48,821 nucleotides of DNA from Salisapilia sapeloensis CBS 127946 (taxonomy: Eukaryota; Protista; Oomycota): assembly GCA_023334545.1 (NCBI GenBank), contig JAADVB010000139.1, positions 1 to 48,821 on the forward strand, in the 5' to 3' direction. Below are positions 20,234 to 30,809 of the stretch, in pieces. Below the pieces are notes generated by a model. The model ran no database searches, had not been told where the DNA came from, and saw only the letters and a list, made by a program, of their open reading frames with translations. How positions within the stretch are numbered: the first letter of the stretch is position 1; every line of letters starts with the position of its first letter. The position numbers and the translations under genes were made by a program.

Positions 20234-20437
20234 TGAAAAAGTTTATGATTGGATGAAATACGAAAACAAACCAAGATGCCAAAAACGTTTGGTCGATCGT
20301 TATCTCTTGTTCAGATGTCGCTTCCTCCACTACTTGTTTCTCGTTTCTTTGGGGAAAATGTTGCCGGTCTACATGCATTTCCGTCTGGTTCGCATTCGTC
20401 CTCCACGTATACTCACCAAAGCTCTTTCATACACTAG

Positions 20438-22576
20438 TTAGAGGCTCTGGCACTGGTACTTCCACACCACGGCAAAGCTGTCGCCACTGCCAGTTGCAAA
20501 GTACGGAGACGCAGGTGACGACGCGACGCTGATCACCGAATTCCTGTATCCGGTCAACGTCAGCACCGAGCGAGAGGATCGAGGATCCCAGAACACGACC
20601 GACCGGTCTTTCGATCCAGACATTAACCACCGACCGTCGGGCGTGTACGCTACCGAGAGGACAAAGTCCTTGTGGCCTTGGAACAACATGCGTGGCTTAT
20701 TCGCAGAGCGACCCTGACCGCTCACGTCCCACAGCATAATGTTCCGGTCCAGAGATCCAGATATCACGTTCTTGCCATCTGGAGAGAACGCACACGAGTA
20801 CACCGAGTCACTATGTCCTTCCAGTCGTTCTACCAACTGCGACGTCTCGGTATCCCACACACGCACAATCTTATCGAGCGATGCTGCAGCTAATAGTCGT
20901 CCGTCTGGAGATAACGCCACTGACGTGACACCGTCCTGCGGTCCGCCGTCTTCCGCACCAAAGACAGCCTTGCACTCGCTCGTGCGGGCATCCCATAGAC
21001 GGACACGACGGTCGCCAGAACCGGACACGATTAGATCGTTCACGTACGCGAGGGAATAAATTTCAGCTTCGTGACCCGTCAGAGGCGTCAATTCCTCCTG
21101 CGTCGCAATGTCCCATGTACGAATGGTGCTCTGTGGCATACCAGCGACCACTTTCGTCGAGTCGGGGGAAAAGCATACGGCACGGACGTACGCGTCGTCA
21201 TTGTCGTTCGTAGGAACGGACGCACTTTCACCGGACCCGGCACCAGGTCTTGAGACCATAAGCTTTTGCTGTCCCGATTTGACGTCAAACACGTGGACGG
21301 TCTTGTGGCATCCAGACGCGAGCATAGAGCCTTCCGCGGAGAAACGCACGCAGCAAACGACGCTTTGATGATCCATGCTGCGATACAACTCAGCTTGCGG
21401 ACGCTCTGTGTCTTGGTACCCGGACCGCGGATTCGAGTACAAGCAGTTCCAGTTCAGCTTACTCGCCTTGTGACTCATGTTACTGTTTTGACTTGCGGTC
21501 AGTCCACTCTCCTTAGTGTTATTCGAGCTGCCGTGATCGCTCTCTTCCTTGGGTTCGGGACTGTTCTCACCAGAATTGCTTGAAGTGTGATGGATTTTAC
21601 TCATAGGCCGCATCAAAGTGGAGCCACTGACTTGACCAGGTGCACTCACGGGAGGCAACGTGCCTTTGCCGTTGGTCAAACTCGGAATGCTGCCAGCGTT
21701 ACTATCATTTCCGTTCGTCTTATTCTTCTTGCTTGCTGGAGACGAAGGCTCTTGGCCGATCGTGCTCACGGGAGGCATGGGACGGTTCTCGACTTTGGCG
21801 CCATTACTAGGGTCTTGTAAGCTTTCGCGATTGAGCTGCGGGATCTGTGCTCCACGACGGTCCGCAGGACCAGACGGAGGGTTCTCCAACGGACTCAACT
21901 GCGGTGGCGGACCTGGTGGTGCTTGGGACGTGGACGGTTCACCGGCCTGAAGCTGACGAAGAGACCGAGAGGCGGGTTGGACCGGAACCATATGCGCAGG
22001 AGAGCTTGCTCGTTGACCAGCACGACTCGAGTTGGTGGCAGCATTGGCCATCACAGACATCATCGAATCTTCCTGCATTCCAGCGCTTGACCCAGGAGGA
22101 GAGTTCGTAGACGATGATGGACGATGGCGTTTATTTGACGCCTTCGTGGATGTCGTCTGGGCCATGGGCGCCGATGTGGAAGCTGCCTGGCCTTCGAGCT
22201 GGCGACGCAGACGCATGACGTCATCCTCGTACTGCTGACGCATACGACGGTGATTCGTCTCGAGCGTCTTAAGCGTTTGCTGGATCTGGTCCATCTCGAC
22301 GACTTGGGACTGGAATTTGCGTTCCATCTCCATTTGCTCCATCTTGGCCATGTTCAGCTGCTGCACAGCACCTTCGTACTCGGCCTTGATTTGGTCAAAG
22401 AGTTCTCCGACGCGGTTACCGCTACCGGACGACGTGGGTCCCATTTGTGGCGCCCCCATCTGAGACGACTGCGCCGGACCACCGCGCATGGGCTGTTGAT
22501 GCTGGACATTCGCCGGCGCGCCTTGTTGGCTGGTGTTGCCACGCCGTTGCGGACCTGGTCCAGCCTGACTATACAT
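20438..22576 (-). CDS. TUP1: Tup1-like transcriptional corepressor (Tup_N coiled coil + WD40 propeller)
   Basis: 712 aa. Tup_N (RVGELFDQIKAEYE...QSQVVEMDQIQQTLKTLETNHRRMRQQYEDDVMRLRRQLE), a low-complexity linker, and WD40 repeats with Tup1 hallmarks (HQSVVCCVRFS, YVRAVCFSPD, GHKDFVLSVA, FATGSGD). Confidence 0.9.
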   Translation of the reverse strand: MYSQAGPGPQRRGNTSQQGAPANVQHQQPMRGGPAQSSQMGAPQMGPTSSGSGNRVGELFDQIKAEYEGAVQQLNMAKMEQMEMERKFQSQVVEMDQIQQTLKTLETNHRRMRQQYEDDVMRLRRQLEGQAASTSAPMAQTTSTKASNKRHRPSSSTNSPPGSSAGMQEDSMMSVMANAATNSSRAGQRASSPAHMVPVQPASRSLRQLQAGEPSTSQAPPGPPPQLSPLENPPSGPADRRGAQIPQLNRESLQDPSNGAKVENRPMPPVSTIGQEPSSPASKKNKTNGNDSNAGSIPSLTNGKGTLPPVSAPGQVSGSTLMRPMSKIHHTSSNSGENSPEPKEESDHGSSNNTKESGLTASQNSNMSHKASKLNWNCLYSNPRSGYQDTERPQAELYRSMDHQSVVCCVRFSAEGSMLASGCHKTVHVFDVKSGQQKLMVSRPGAGSGESASVPTNDNDDAYVRAVCFSPDSTKVVAGMPQSTIRTWDIATQEELTPLTGHEAEIYSLAYVNDLIVSGSGDRRVRLWDARTSECKAVFGAEDGGPQDGVTSVALSPDGRLLAAASLDKIVRVWDTETSQLVERLEGHSDSVYSCAFSPDGKNVISGSLDRNIMLWDVSGQGRSANKPRMLFQGHKDFVLSVAYTPDGRWLMSGSKDRSVVFWDPRSSRSVLTLTGYRNSVISVASSPASPYFATGSGDSFAVVWKYQCQSL

Positions 22577-23333
22577 GACGTTCGGAGGTGACGACGCGAA
22601 TGTCTAGTTGAAGCAGTTGAATTTAAATCCGATACGAGTAAAAAGGGAGGGAAAATGGAATATACGTGTAAGTGTTGCAGGTAAGAAAAGAAAGTGTGCG
22701 GAAAGTGGAAAGCACGGTGCCGATGAAGATTTGAGGAATGTCAAGTAGTTCCGACGGTCGCCCCCGATCGAATGAAGTACTTTGTAATTCGAGGGGATGG
22801 ACGAATGGAGAGGGAAGCGGAGGCGAAGAAGAGTGGGAAGGCCCTTGCTTTCTTCCGCTGCTTTCGGTTTTTGAACGCGTTTGTGGCGAGTGGGGGAGAG
22901 GCATACTGAGCGCCAGTGATTGCAATATCTTGTCAGATGGTCGACGAGATCTTGTTGTTTGTATGTGACGCCGAGATGGCTACGCTTTTGCGAGGTGGCA
23001 AGCGACGCACAAGTTTTCGCACAGATCACGCGACAGGCCATGTAGAAGCCAGCGGAGTTGCTCGCCGTAACGTTCTTTGCCTCAAAAACAGCATTTCAGA
23101 CTGCACCAATCACCATGTAAATCTGGTCGTGCATCAGGTCACAGTACTTCATGTCGTATTTCGTACCTAATCTTTATGTCAACGGCCCAATCACACGATG
23201 CACACATACACAAATGCATAGAATCAGAACGTACGTAATTCGTGCTCCATGGCCCTGCTGTTCGAGAGTCCAGTTCACGCTTCACCTTATTCGACACGCA
23301 GTCCCCTTTCGGCCACTTGGCGACTTTTAAATC

Positions 23334-25286
23334 ATGGGCCGATCACTCCCTTTGCGCCCTGGCTTCTTTGCAACACCTCAGGTCACGGAAGCAGATGAAC
23401 GAGAGCTATTGGCGTGGGGTAGACACCTCGCGACGGACTTAGCACAGGACCCTCCTCAAGTCGATTGGCGGACGATTGTTGAAAACCCGAGCTTGTCGGT
23501 CTTGGAAGACCGACAGAAAGGTGGATTGAGCTACAGCATTCGTGCAACTGCAACCGTCACGTCACCATTGGATGATGTCCTCGATTTGTTTTTCACGGCA
23601 TCGACACCTGAATTTCGAACGGCGATGCAGCTCCAATTGCGTGACTTGTTCGCTGATGCACAAGTCTTATTTCATCGAGAAGTGAACGAAAGTGAATCGC
23701 TTGGCATCAAGTGGGTTGCTATGCGCAGTAAGAAGAATCCATTCGCACCAGTCCAGCAGCATGTCGACTTTTGTCTACTAGAATACACTGGTGTCGTCGG
23801 CGCAGACATCCTTCCGAATGGAGATCCGTCCCAGCCGATTGGTGTCTGTCTCTACGAAAGCATCGATCAAATGGAATGCCCGCCATTGTTAGATTCCCAC
23901 AAGATTGATCGAGGAGCGTTATCTCGCTGTGGCTTCCTCTTCATCCCTCGTCAAGACGCGACTGGAAATCAATTCATCGAAGCTCGATTCATCGCGACAA
24001 TTCGTCAACCGCCAAACAAGAGCGCTCGACGGCGTCTCAATCGCGCTCTGCTCCAGAATTGGGCTCAGAGCATTGGTCTTGTAGAAGAATCTCTACATCG
24101 TCGTCGTATCAGTCGCGAATTAACGGAACGCAAGGTCCCGAATTGGGTCGAAGATTCAGAACGACAGTGTTGTCATTTGTGTATGCGTGCGTTTTCCAAT
24201 ACTAGACGTCGACATCATTGTCGAGCCTGTGGCGAAATCATTTGTAGACAATGTTCACTGCATAAAGAAGTCGACTTACCATCCGTTGGTCTTACCACCT
24301 TGCGTGTTTGTAAAGCTTGCATGGATGGCACGACGGTTGAGAAGGAGACGCAGGAGAAAGCCAAGGAGGAAGAGGCCAAGCAAAAGCAGCTTGAAGCCTC
24401 CAGTTCGAGCATCGTCCAGTCGACGGTCGAAGAGCACGCATTGGCGCTTCCAGGTCAGCAAGTCCATGTCCCCGATGTCGTCGGGATCGCCTGGCTGCAG
24501 CAGATGGCAGCAAAAGACCCGAGTAAGCGGAACATGGTGCAGGAGATGCTCGACCGGCTGACTCGGGAGCAAGAGCCAGCGCATCGGACGACGAACATTG
24601 GTGACGCGAATGAACAGGTGGACATCTACGACACCTTATGTGACTTGGCAGCACAGACACTACAGTGCAAGTTCGCGGTCGTGAGTCTTGTTGATGAGAA
24701 CCGACAGTGGTTTAAAAGTGCTGTGAATATCCGAGAGACGGACGTGCCGCGAGACTTTAGTTTTTGTGAGTACCCTGTACGTGATGAGCGACCACTCGTT
24801 GTGATGGACACGAAGAAGGACAGTCGATTCCGAGACAATCCGTTCGTGACGGGACCACTCCAAGTCCGGTTCTTGGCAGGCGCGCCGCTCTTTACCATCG
24901 ATAACAAGTGCGTCGGTGCTGTCTGTGTTCTCGACACAGAGCCTCGAAACAATCTACAGGAGCATCAGGTGGCGACGATGCAGAACTTGGCGCACTTAGC
25001 CATGGTCATGGTCCAGGAGCGTCGTGATCAGGGCAAGTGGGCACTTGGCAACGGAGATGCATCCAGCCAACTCGTGTCGTCTGCCAAGCACATGGAAACA
25101 GCATCGAAAGCCTCCACGACGTCATCGGACATGGTTCCTCTGACGACGACACCGAGTGGCAAGGATGAGGATGACCCGGCCTTGAAGCAGCAGATGATGG
25201 ATCTCTTGTACAAGGCTTCGCAAGTGCGCGATCAAGTGAACTTGCAAAGCACGCAGCAGGCTGGACTACAGAGTTCAGCCGAGTGA
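23334..25286 (+). CDS. START-like + FYVE + GAF domain protein
   Basis: 650 aa. START-like N-terminus; canonical FYVE (WVED...CHLC...RRRHHCRACG..IC..CS...RVCKAC); C-terminal GAF (VSLVDENRQWFKS...RDFSFC...DTKKDSRFRDNPFV...RFLAGAPL...VGAVCVLD). Confidence 0.92.
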   Translation: MGRSLPLRPGFFATPQVTEADERELLAWGRHLATDLAQDPPQVDWRTIVENPSLSVLEDRQKGGLSYSIRATATVTSPLDDVLDLFFTASTPEFRTAMQLQLRDLFADAQVLFHREVNESESLGIKWVAMRSKKNPFAPVQQHVDFCLLEYTGVVGADILPNGDPSQPIGVCLYESIDQMECPPLLDSHKIDRGALSRCGFLFIPRQDATGNQFIEARFIATIRQPPNKSARRRLNRALLQNWAQSIGLVEESLHRRRISRELTERKVPNWVEDSERQCCHLCMRAFSNTRRRHHCRACGEIICRQCSLHKEVDLPSVGLTTLRVCKACMDGTTVEKETQEKAKEEEAKQKQLEASSSSIVQSTVEEHALALPGQQVHVPDVVGIAWLQQMAAKDPSKRNMVQEMLDRLTREQEPAHRTTNIGDANEQVDIYDTLCDLAAQTLQCKFAVVSLVDENRQWFKSAVNIRETDVPRDFSFCEYPVRDERPLVVMDTKKDSRFRDNPFVTGPLQVRFLAGAPLFTIDNKCVGAVCVLDTEPRNNLQEHQVATMQNLAHLAMVMVQERRDQGKWALGNGDASSQLVSSAKHMETASKASTTSSDMVPLTTTPSGKDEDDPALKQQMMDLLYKASQVRDQVNLQSTQQAGLQSSAE

Positions 25287-25324
25287 CGTATAGATTTTTG
25301 ATAAAGCAAAATGTTGTTTTTTTC

Positions 25325-27250
25325 TTAATCCAAAGGCTCTCCTACCATGTCCTCGAAATGACTTTCAAAGTCGATCTCTTCCACAAACACGAGACGCTTC
25401 GCATGTTCAGCTTCATGCGCTAAAGTGTCTTTCGTCATGCAACTAGACGAGCAATAGACGTTCGTTTTACAAAGACGACAGCGACGTACTTCTCCTTCTT
25501 CTTCCTGCTTTAGCTTACAAGTGTTGCACGTCAGTTCACGCAAGTGCTGGCCTTCTGCATCACGTTGCCAGACCGTGAGACTGTACGCCGAGTTGCCCCA
25601 GTTCGGAAGATCGACTTGCTGGACGAGATGCCACTCATCTAGCAAAGCAGCTTCGAACTTGCGGTCGCCAGTGTCGCCTTCCCACTCGCCTACGAGTAGC
25701 AGCGTGTCTCCTTTGAACGCTTGGAGGCAGTCGAGTGCCATGGGATTGTTCGGAGGTGGATAGCACAGGAAGAGGTTCCGGTCCATGCCTTCCAACACTT
25801 CTGGGCCACCGGCATGGACGGCACAGAAGGGAGGGACGCTGCCGTGATAGGCATTAGCAGAGTCGACTGCTGGAGGCGTTTGATCGTAAGCAATGATGTC
25901 GACGTTCTTCGACTGGAGTAAAGAGCTCCAGTAACCGGTACCGGCGCCCATTTCCACTAGAGGAGCGTGTGCCTGTAGGACGTCAAGTGCTTCACTTGTG
26001 GGTGTAGCATACGCGTAGAGGTGGCAGCACCAGTCACGACAGTTGTCACGCCACTTGGACAAGAGGGAGAAGGCAGGCATGGGCGCTAGCTCGTCCTTTG
26101 CGTCTCGACGTGAAGGTTTCGACTTGCGTTTCTTGGTTTGTGGAGGCTGCTTGGATACTTTGTCCATCTCACCATGAAGACCAATGCCCTGGTCGTAGAA
26201 GAGACGGACGCCTTCGCGTAGTCGGCAGTGGAAAATGTCCAAGAGGGCGATGGGTTCCTGCCTCTTGTCTTTCGGGAGATGCAAGGAGTCGACGATAGAT
26301 GACGGGATGTTGTCGCCTACAAGCTCCTGGTTGATGAACTGTTGCAAGGATGCCTGTGGGTCTTCTCCCCATAGCCGTTCGAGCTCCATCAAGTACTTGT
26401 CCGGACGATGGACGATGGTACTGAGACGACCGTGGAGGACGATGCTCGCGTAGTAACATTGAAAGTACATATTATCAAGAATACAAGCGATTTCAATCGC
26501 CACTTCCTCCCGGTTAAAGGTAGAAGAAGCGATATCTGCCTTTTGAAGTTCGTTTAAACAGGATAGAACCATCTCACGTTCTTGTGGAGATGACGCACCG
26601 TCGTTTGTTCCACCTGTATGCGCCTGCACCATTTGTGATTTACAAGACAAAAGCAATGAACGAAGGTGGTCCAAGGAAGAGTTGGACCATGTACGGCTAT
26701 GTAGAATGCAGAAAGAGATACGAGCAGTTTTGATCCACTGGAACACGAGACTGAGGAGGCGTACGCCTGTCGGAGCATTCGATGCTTGGCTCTCAATAGG
26801 TTTCTTATCATCATCAACACGGATGATAGAGTGTTGGAGGTATCCGTGCTTGCATTTGCGGCACTTGCCCTCACGAACCTCATCTTGAATCTCATCCTCC
26901 TTGTCGATGGTGAGACTCGCAGAGGCGCAATTACAGTCCGGTACTTGACAAGAACCTAATATTGCATCCGACGGGAGCACATCTGATAGACGAATCATCT
27001 CATTAGTCTTTTGCAATGGTTGCAATTGCACCGAAGGCTTTGCATGTGCTTCTTTCGTGGTCGAAGTAGCTACTGTTCTGCGCTTCGGCTTTCGTTTCGC
27101 CTCCTTCCTACTACGCACATTGGCCTGCACATCATCTTCAACTGTCAAGCCATATTCCGCAGCAATGGCAGCCATTTCATCTTCAATCGAAGCCACTTGC
27201 TGTGCTTGGAGGCCCAAGTGTCCACCCTTCCTCTTCTTGCCTCCAGCCAT
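25325..27250 (-). CDS. Class I SAM-dependent methyltransferase-like domain + C-terminal MYND zinc finger, with N-terminal Cys/His cluster
   Basis: Motif I VEMGAGTGYW, motif II IIAYD, then LFLCYPP and LLLVGEW. MYND pattern CNTC-x12-CRLC-x5-C-x3-C-x7-H-x3-H. Start chosen at ATG 27250 (MAGGKKRK, 641 aa); alternative ATG at 27328; 27382 is GTG. Confidence 0.8.
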   Translation of the reverse strand: MAGGKKRKGGHLGLQAQQVASIEDEMAAIAAEYGLTVEDDVQANVRSRKEAKRKPKRRTVATSTTKEAHAKPSVQLQPLQKTNEMIRLSDVLPSDAILGSCQVPDCNCASASLTIDKEDEIQDEVREGKCRKCKHGYLQHSIIRVDDDKKPIESQASNAPTGVRLLSLVFQWIKTARISFCILHSRTWSNSSLDHLRSLLLSCKSQMVQAHTGGTNDGASSPQEREMVLSCLNELQKADIASSTFNREEVAIEIACILDNMYFQCYYASIVLHGRLSTIVHRPDKYLMELERLWGEDPQASLQQFINQELVGDNIPSSIVDSLHLPKDKRQEPIALLDIFHCRLREGVRLFYDQGIGLHGEMDKVSKQPPQTKKRKSKPSRRDAKDELAPMPAFSLLSKWRDNCRDWCCHLYAYATPTSEALDVLQAHAPLVEMGAGTGYWSSLLQSKNVDIIAYDQTPPAVDSANAYHGSVPPFCAVHAGGPEVLEGMDRNLFLCYPPPNNPMALDCLQAFKGDTLLLVGEWEGDTGDRKFEAALLDEWHLVQQVDLPNWGNSAYSLTVWQRDAEGQHLRELTCNTCKLKQEEEGEVRRCRLCKTNVYCSSSCMTKDTLAHEAEHAKRLVFVEEIDFESHFEDMVGEPLD

Positions 27251-27375
27251 TCGTACGAATAATGTTTGGTGTCGTATTTCGTGGTCTTCGTCTCGTTTTA
27301 TTCCGTAGAAAGAGATATTTTTAGCCATGTGGTCGACATTAATAGCATCACGATTCAGTCGAAAAGCTCTCGAGC

Positions 27376-30300
27376 ATGTCACAAAAAAAGTCGATGAAGA
27401 CGTCCGAGCAAGTCGACCAAGTCGCTACGCAAGTAGAGGCTTGGAGTAAAGAAGACCAGTTACAAAAAGGTCAGGAGTGGTACTTGGTCAATTCCAAATG
27501 GTGGAATAGTGTCCTATTTCCACGTGCCATCCAACAGGACGAGCAGGATGATGATATGGAAGGCACGGATCCAGAGTCGAGTGGATCACCTCCAGGCACC
27601 AATAGCGATACAGGTCAAGCTATTTACAATGCCCCACTAGTCGATACACTAGCAAGCTCCACAGAGCTTGAAAGTGTCGTTTTGAAACCTCGCATGGTAC
27701 ATATCGATCTGACTTCTTTTCTTCCATATCACTTCTGAACATATTCATTCCTAGGCCGAGCATCAGCACTTTGAAGTCGTGAGTGAACGTGTATGGAACT
27801 TGCTGAAACACACGTTTGGTGCCGATTGGTCCATCCCTCGTAAAGTCATCACGCACGGTCCAATGCAAAAGCTACGTGTCGAGATCTATCCGACGCTATT
27901 TCAAGTATATCTAGTCTTCACCTCGATATAGATCCAGTACTAAACTCTCATGCTAGGTACACGTATGGTACAATGGTTTAGATGGCCCTATCGCGTTAGA
28001 GAATGCCGCGACAAAGCAGCCACCGGTTGTCGTGTCTGTCAGTAGTAGTGCATCATTAGCACATGTGCAGGATAAAGTATGGAAAGGTCTAGCATCTCGT
28101 TCCCATGAGTTCTTCCCAGACGTATCGAGTGATCGTACAACGAATGACATTCGTCTATGCATCCAGTCCGACCAGAATCAATGGATTTCACTTGATCAAG
28201 CAGCTACGAACTGTCAGACCAAGGACAATACGTCTACCACTTCATCAAAAGATCTAGAAAATGTCTATCTCTCCGACTTGGAACTCCAAGATCGAGAGTA
28301 TTTAGACGGTAGCGATAGATACCATGCTCTTCTCATTGAAGGCAAGTACAAATCGACAGACACACGCTCAGACTGGCGTCACAGTCGTTTTTTCACGGAC
28401 ATTTCTGCGAATGAATGGAGGTTCGAGCTAAAAGAAGATCAAGTAATCGATGCCATGGATACCGATCGCCACTGGTACGACAGTAGGATCTTACAAGTAG
28501 ATGGTTCTCGTGTTAAAGTACATTATCGTGGGTGGACTCCCAAGTGGGACGAGTGGCTCGATAGACTCTCCCCTCGTCTAGCTCCTCTCCACTCTCGTTT
28601 ACGTAATTGGAGACACTTTCGTATCGGTGATAAACTACAGGTCGGCTTTAAAACACCAGGACGCATCGTCCCAGAGTGGAGGGACGCAGAGGTCATAGCC
28701 TCCGAAGCTGAGACGTCGGAGAATGAGGATGGAACGACCGTCTCTGGACGCGTCCAGTGTCTCATGGATAATGGCGTCAAGGTCTGGAGGGACGTGCAGG
28801 ACGAATTACTAGCTCTCCCAAGCACCCATCGAGCTGCGAACACTACTAAGCAAGTGTCGACAGCTAATCCTCGGCCCAATGCCGTCCGTCAAGAGTTTGG
28901 ACAAAGCAAACCGACATATCGAGGTGTCGTGGGTCTCCAAAACCTCGGCAACACTTGCTTCCTCAACAGTATGCTGCAATGTCTCTTCAGCACACATGTC
29001 TTGAAAGACTACTTTCTCGCGACGCAACCCGACGGCTCGCACCTCTACCTACAAGACGTGAATGTGGATAATCCTCTTGGCATGCAAGGAAAGATCGCTA
29101 AAGAGTTTGGTGCGTTAATGTCCAAAGTCTGGAGCGACACGTTCTCGACTATCGCGCCTACGAAACTCAAAGGTGTCATTGGACAGTACGCACCGCAGTT
29201 TGCTGGATACCAGCAGCAGGACAGTCAAGAAGTCATGAACTTCCTCCTCGACGGCCTGCACGAAGACCTCAATCGAGTACGTGCTAAGCCATACACTGAA
29301 GCAGAGGAGATCAACGGGCGTGATGAAGTCACGTTCGCTAGAGACGAGTGGGATCGATTCCGTCAACGAAACGACAGTGTCGTCGTGGACCATTGCATGG
29401 GTCAATTGAGGTCCCACGTCGTCTGTGCAAATGACGCTTGTCGGCATGAAAGTCTAACGTTCGATCCGTTCATGAGTCTATCTCTTCCGATTCCAACTGA
29501 TGAACAGGAATCGAGTACTAGCGTTCGTGTCCAATTGTTCTGGAGTGACGGTCGTGTCCCGACGAGATATGGTGTCCAGCTAGACAAGATGAAACCGACG
29601 CTACGAGACGTCAAGACTCGCGTGTCACAATTGTCTTGCGTTCCTTTCTCTCATATTTTGTTCGTCGAAGTGACGTCAGGTGGAGACATTCGTAGAGCAC
29701 ATAATGATCGAGTGGCAGTAGAAGATCTAGAGGAAGATGTCTTGCATGCTTACGAACTAGATGCTCCGCTTGTCGACTATGCTTTATCTTCGAAAGATTT
29801 GAAAGCGAACAACTTGGCGTCTCTGTCACTGCGTAATGGCGTCAAGGAAGATAAACCACGTCGACTCGTACGTGTGATGCATCAAGCACCCACTGCGTCT
29901 CCGATTGATAATCGAGAGGATGGGAATCAAAACGACCTGTACAGCTCTAAACAACGCCGTGTGGAAGCGCAGTTGGCGAATGCACCGCTACTCGTGTCAC
30001 TCGAGGAAGGCATCTCGAAAGCTGATGTCCATGCACGTGTATGGACGGTTGCTCAGCGCTTGGTGAACGACCAAGCGTCCACGTACGGAGTGGATGAAGG
30101 TCGGACACTACCTTATCGACTGCACGTGGCTGCAACGGATGGATCTCGAATGCTTTTGAATGATCTTCCTCGATCGGACGAAGCGTTTGATGTAGACGAG
30201 TGGGAAGAGAATGAGTTTTGCTTCTTGTTGGAATGGAGTCGACATGGATATCTCGATGGCTATAGCGTCGAATCGGCTGAACGTGTCGAGCTCCATGAGT

Positions 30301-30809
30301 CAATGAAAGGGTTGACGATCTCTTCGACGACGAAGAAAGCGGATCCGACTTTGATGGATTGTCTTGGGAAGTTCACCGAGCGTGAGCAACTTGGTGATTC
30401 CGATACATGGTACTGTCCCAAATGTCATCAGCACGTCCAAGCGTATAAAAAGTTTGACATGTACTCGCTTCCAAAGGTACTTGTGCTCCACTTGAAACGC
30501 TTCCGCTATGCCCAGAATATGTTTGCACTCCATCGAGATAAAATCACGACGTTAGTTGACTTTCCACTGGAGGAACTCGACCTTGCACCTATGGTCGTCG
30601 GCCCACAGAAGGAGACACCGCAATTGTACGACTTGTATGCCGTGTCGGAGCACATTGGTGGACTTGGTGGAGGGCATTACACAGCGGTGACGAAGAATCC
30701 GGAGCTGCAAGAATGGTTTAGCTACAATGATAGCCACACGTCCAAGACGACAGCGGACAAGGCCGTCTCGGCTCGTGCGTATGTGCTTTTCTACGTGCGA
30801 CGAGACTAA
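27376..30809 (+). CDS. Ubiquitin-specific protease, USP4/11/15-like (DUSP + Tudor-like + peptidase C19); exons 27376-27696, 27755-27904, 27957-30809 (1107 aa)
   Basis: Two phase-0 GT-AG introns (58 and 52 nt) rebuild the DUSP domain (WYLVNSKWW...VVSERVWNLL..TFGADWSIPRKVI...VEIYP). Cys box GLQNLGNTCFLNS, QQDSQE..FLLDGLHEDLNRV, LVLHLKRF, His box YDLYAVSEHIGGLGGGHYTA, WFSYNDS. Confidence 0.95.

Noticed and set aside
22604-23170. ORFs in the TUP1 / START-FYVE-GAF divergent region
   Set aside because: Derived from purine/pyrimidine-skewed promoter or UTR sequence; no domain. Possible uORFs cannot be supported without TSS data.
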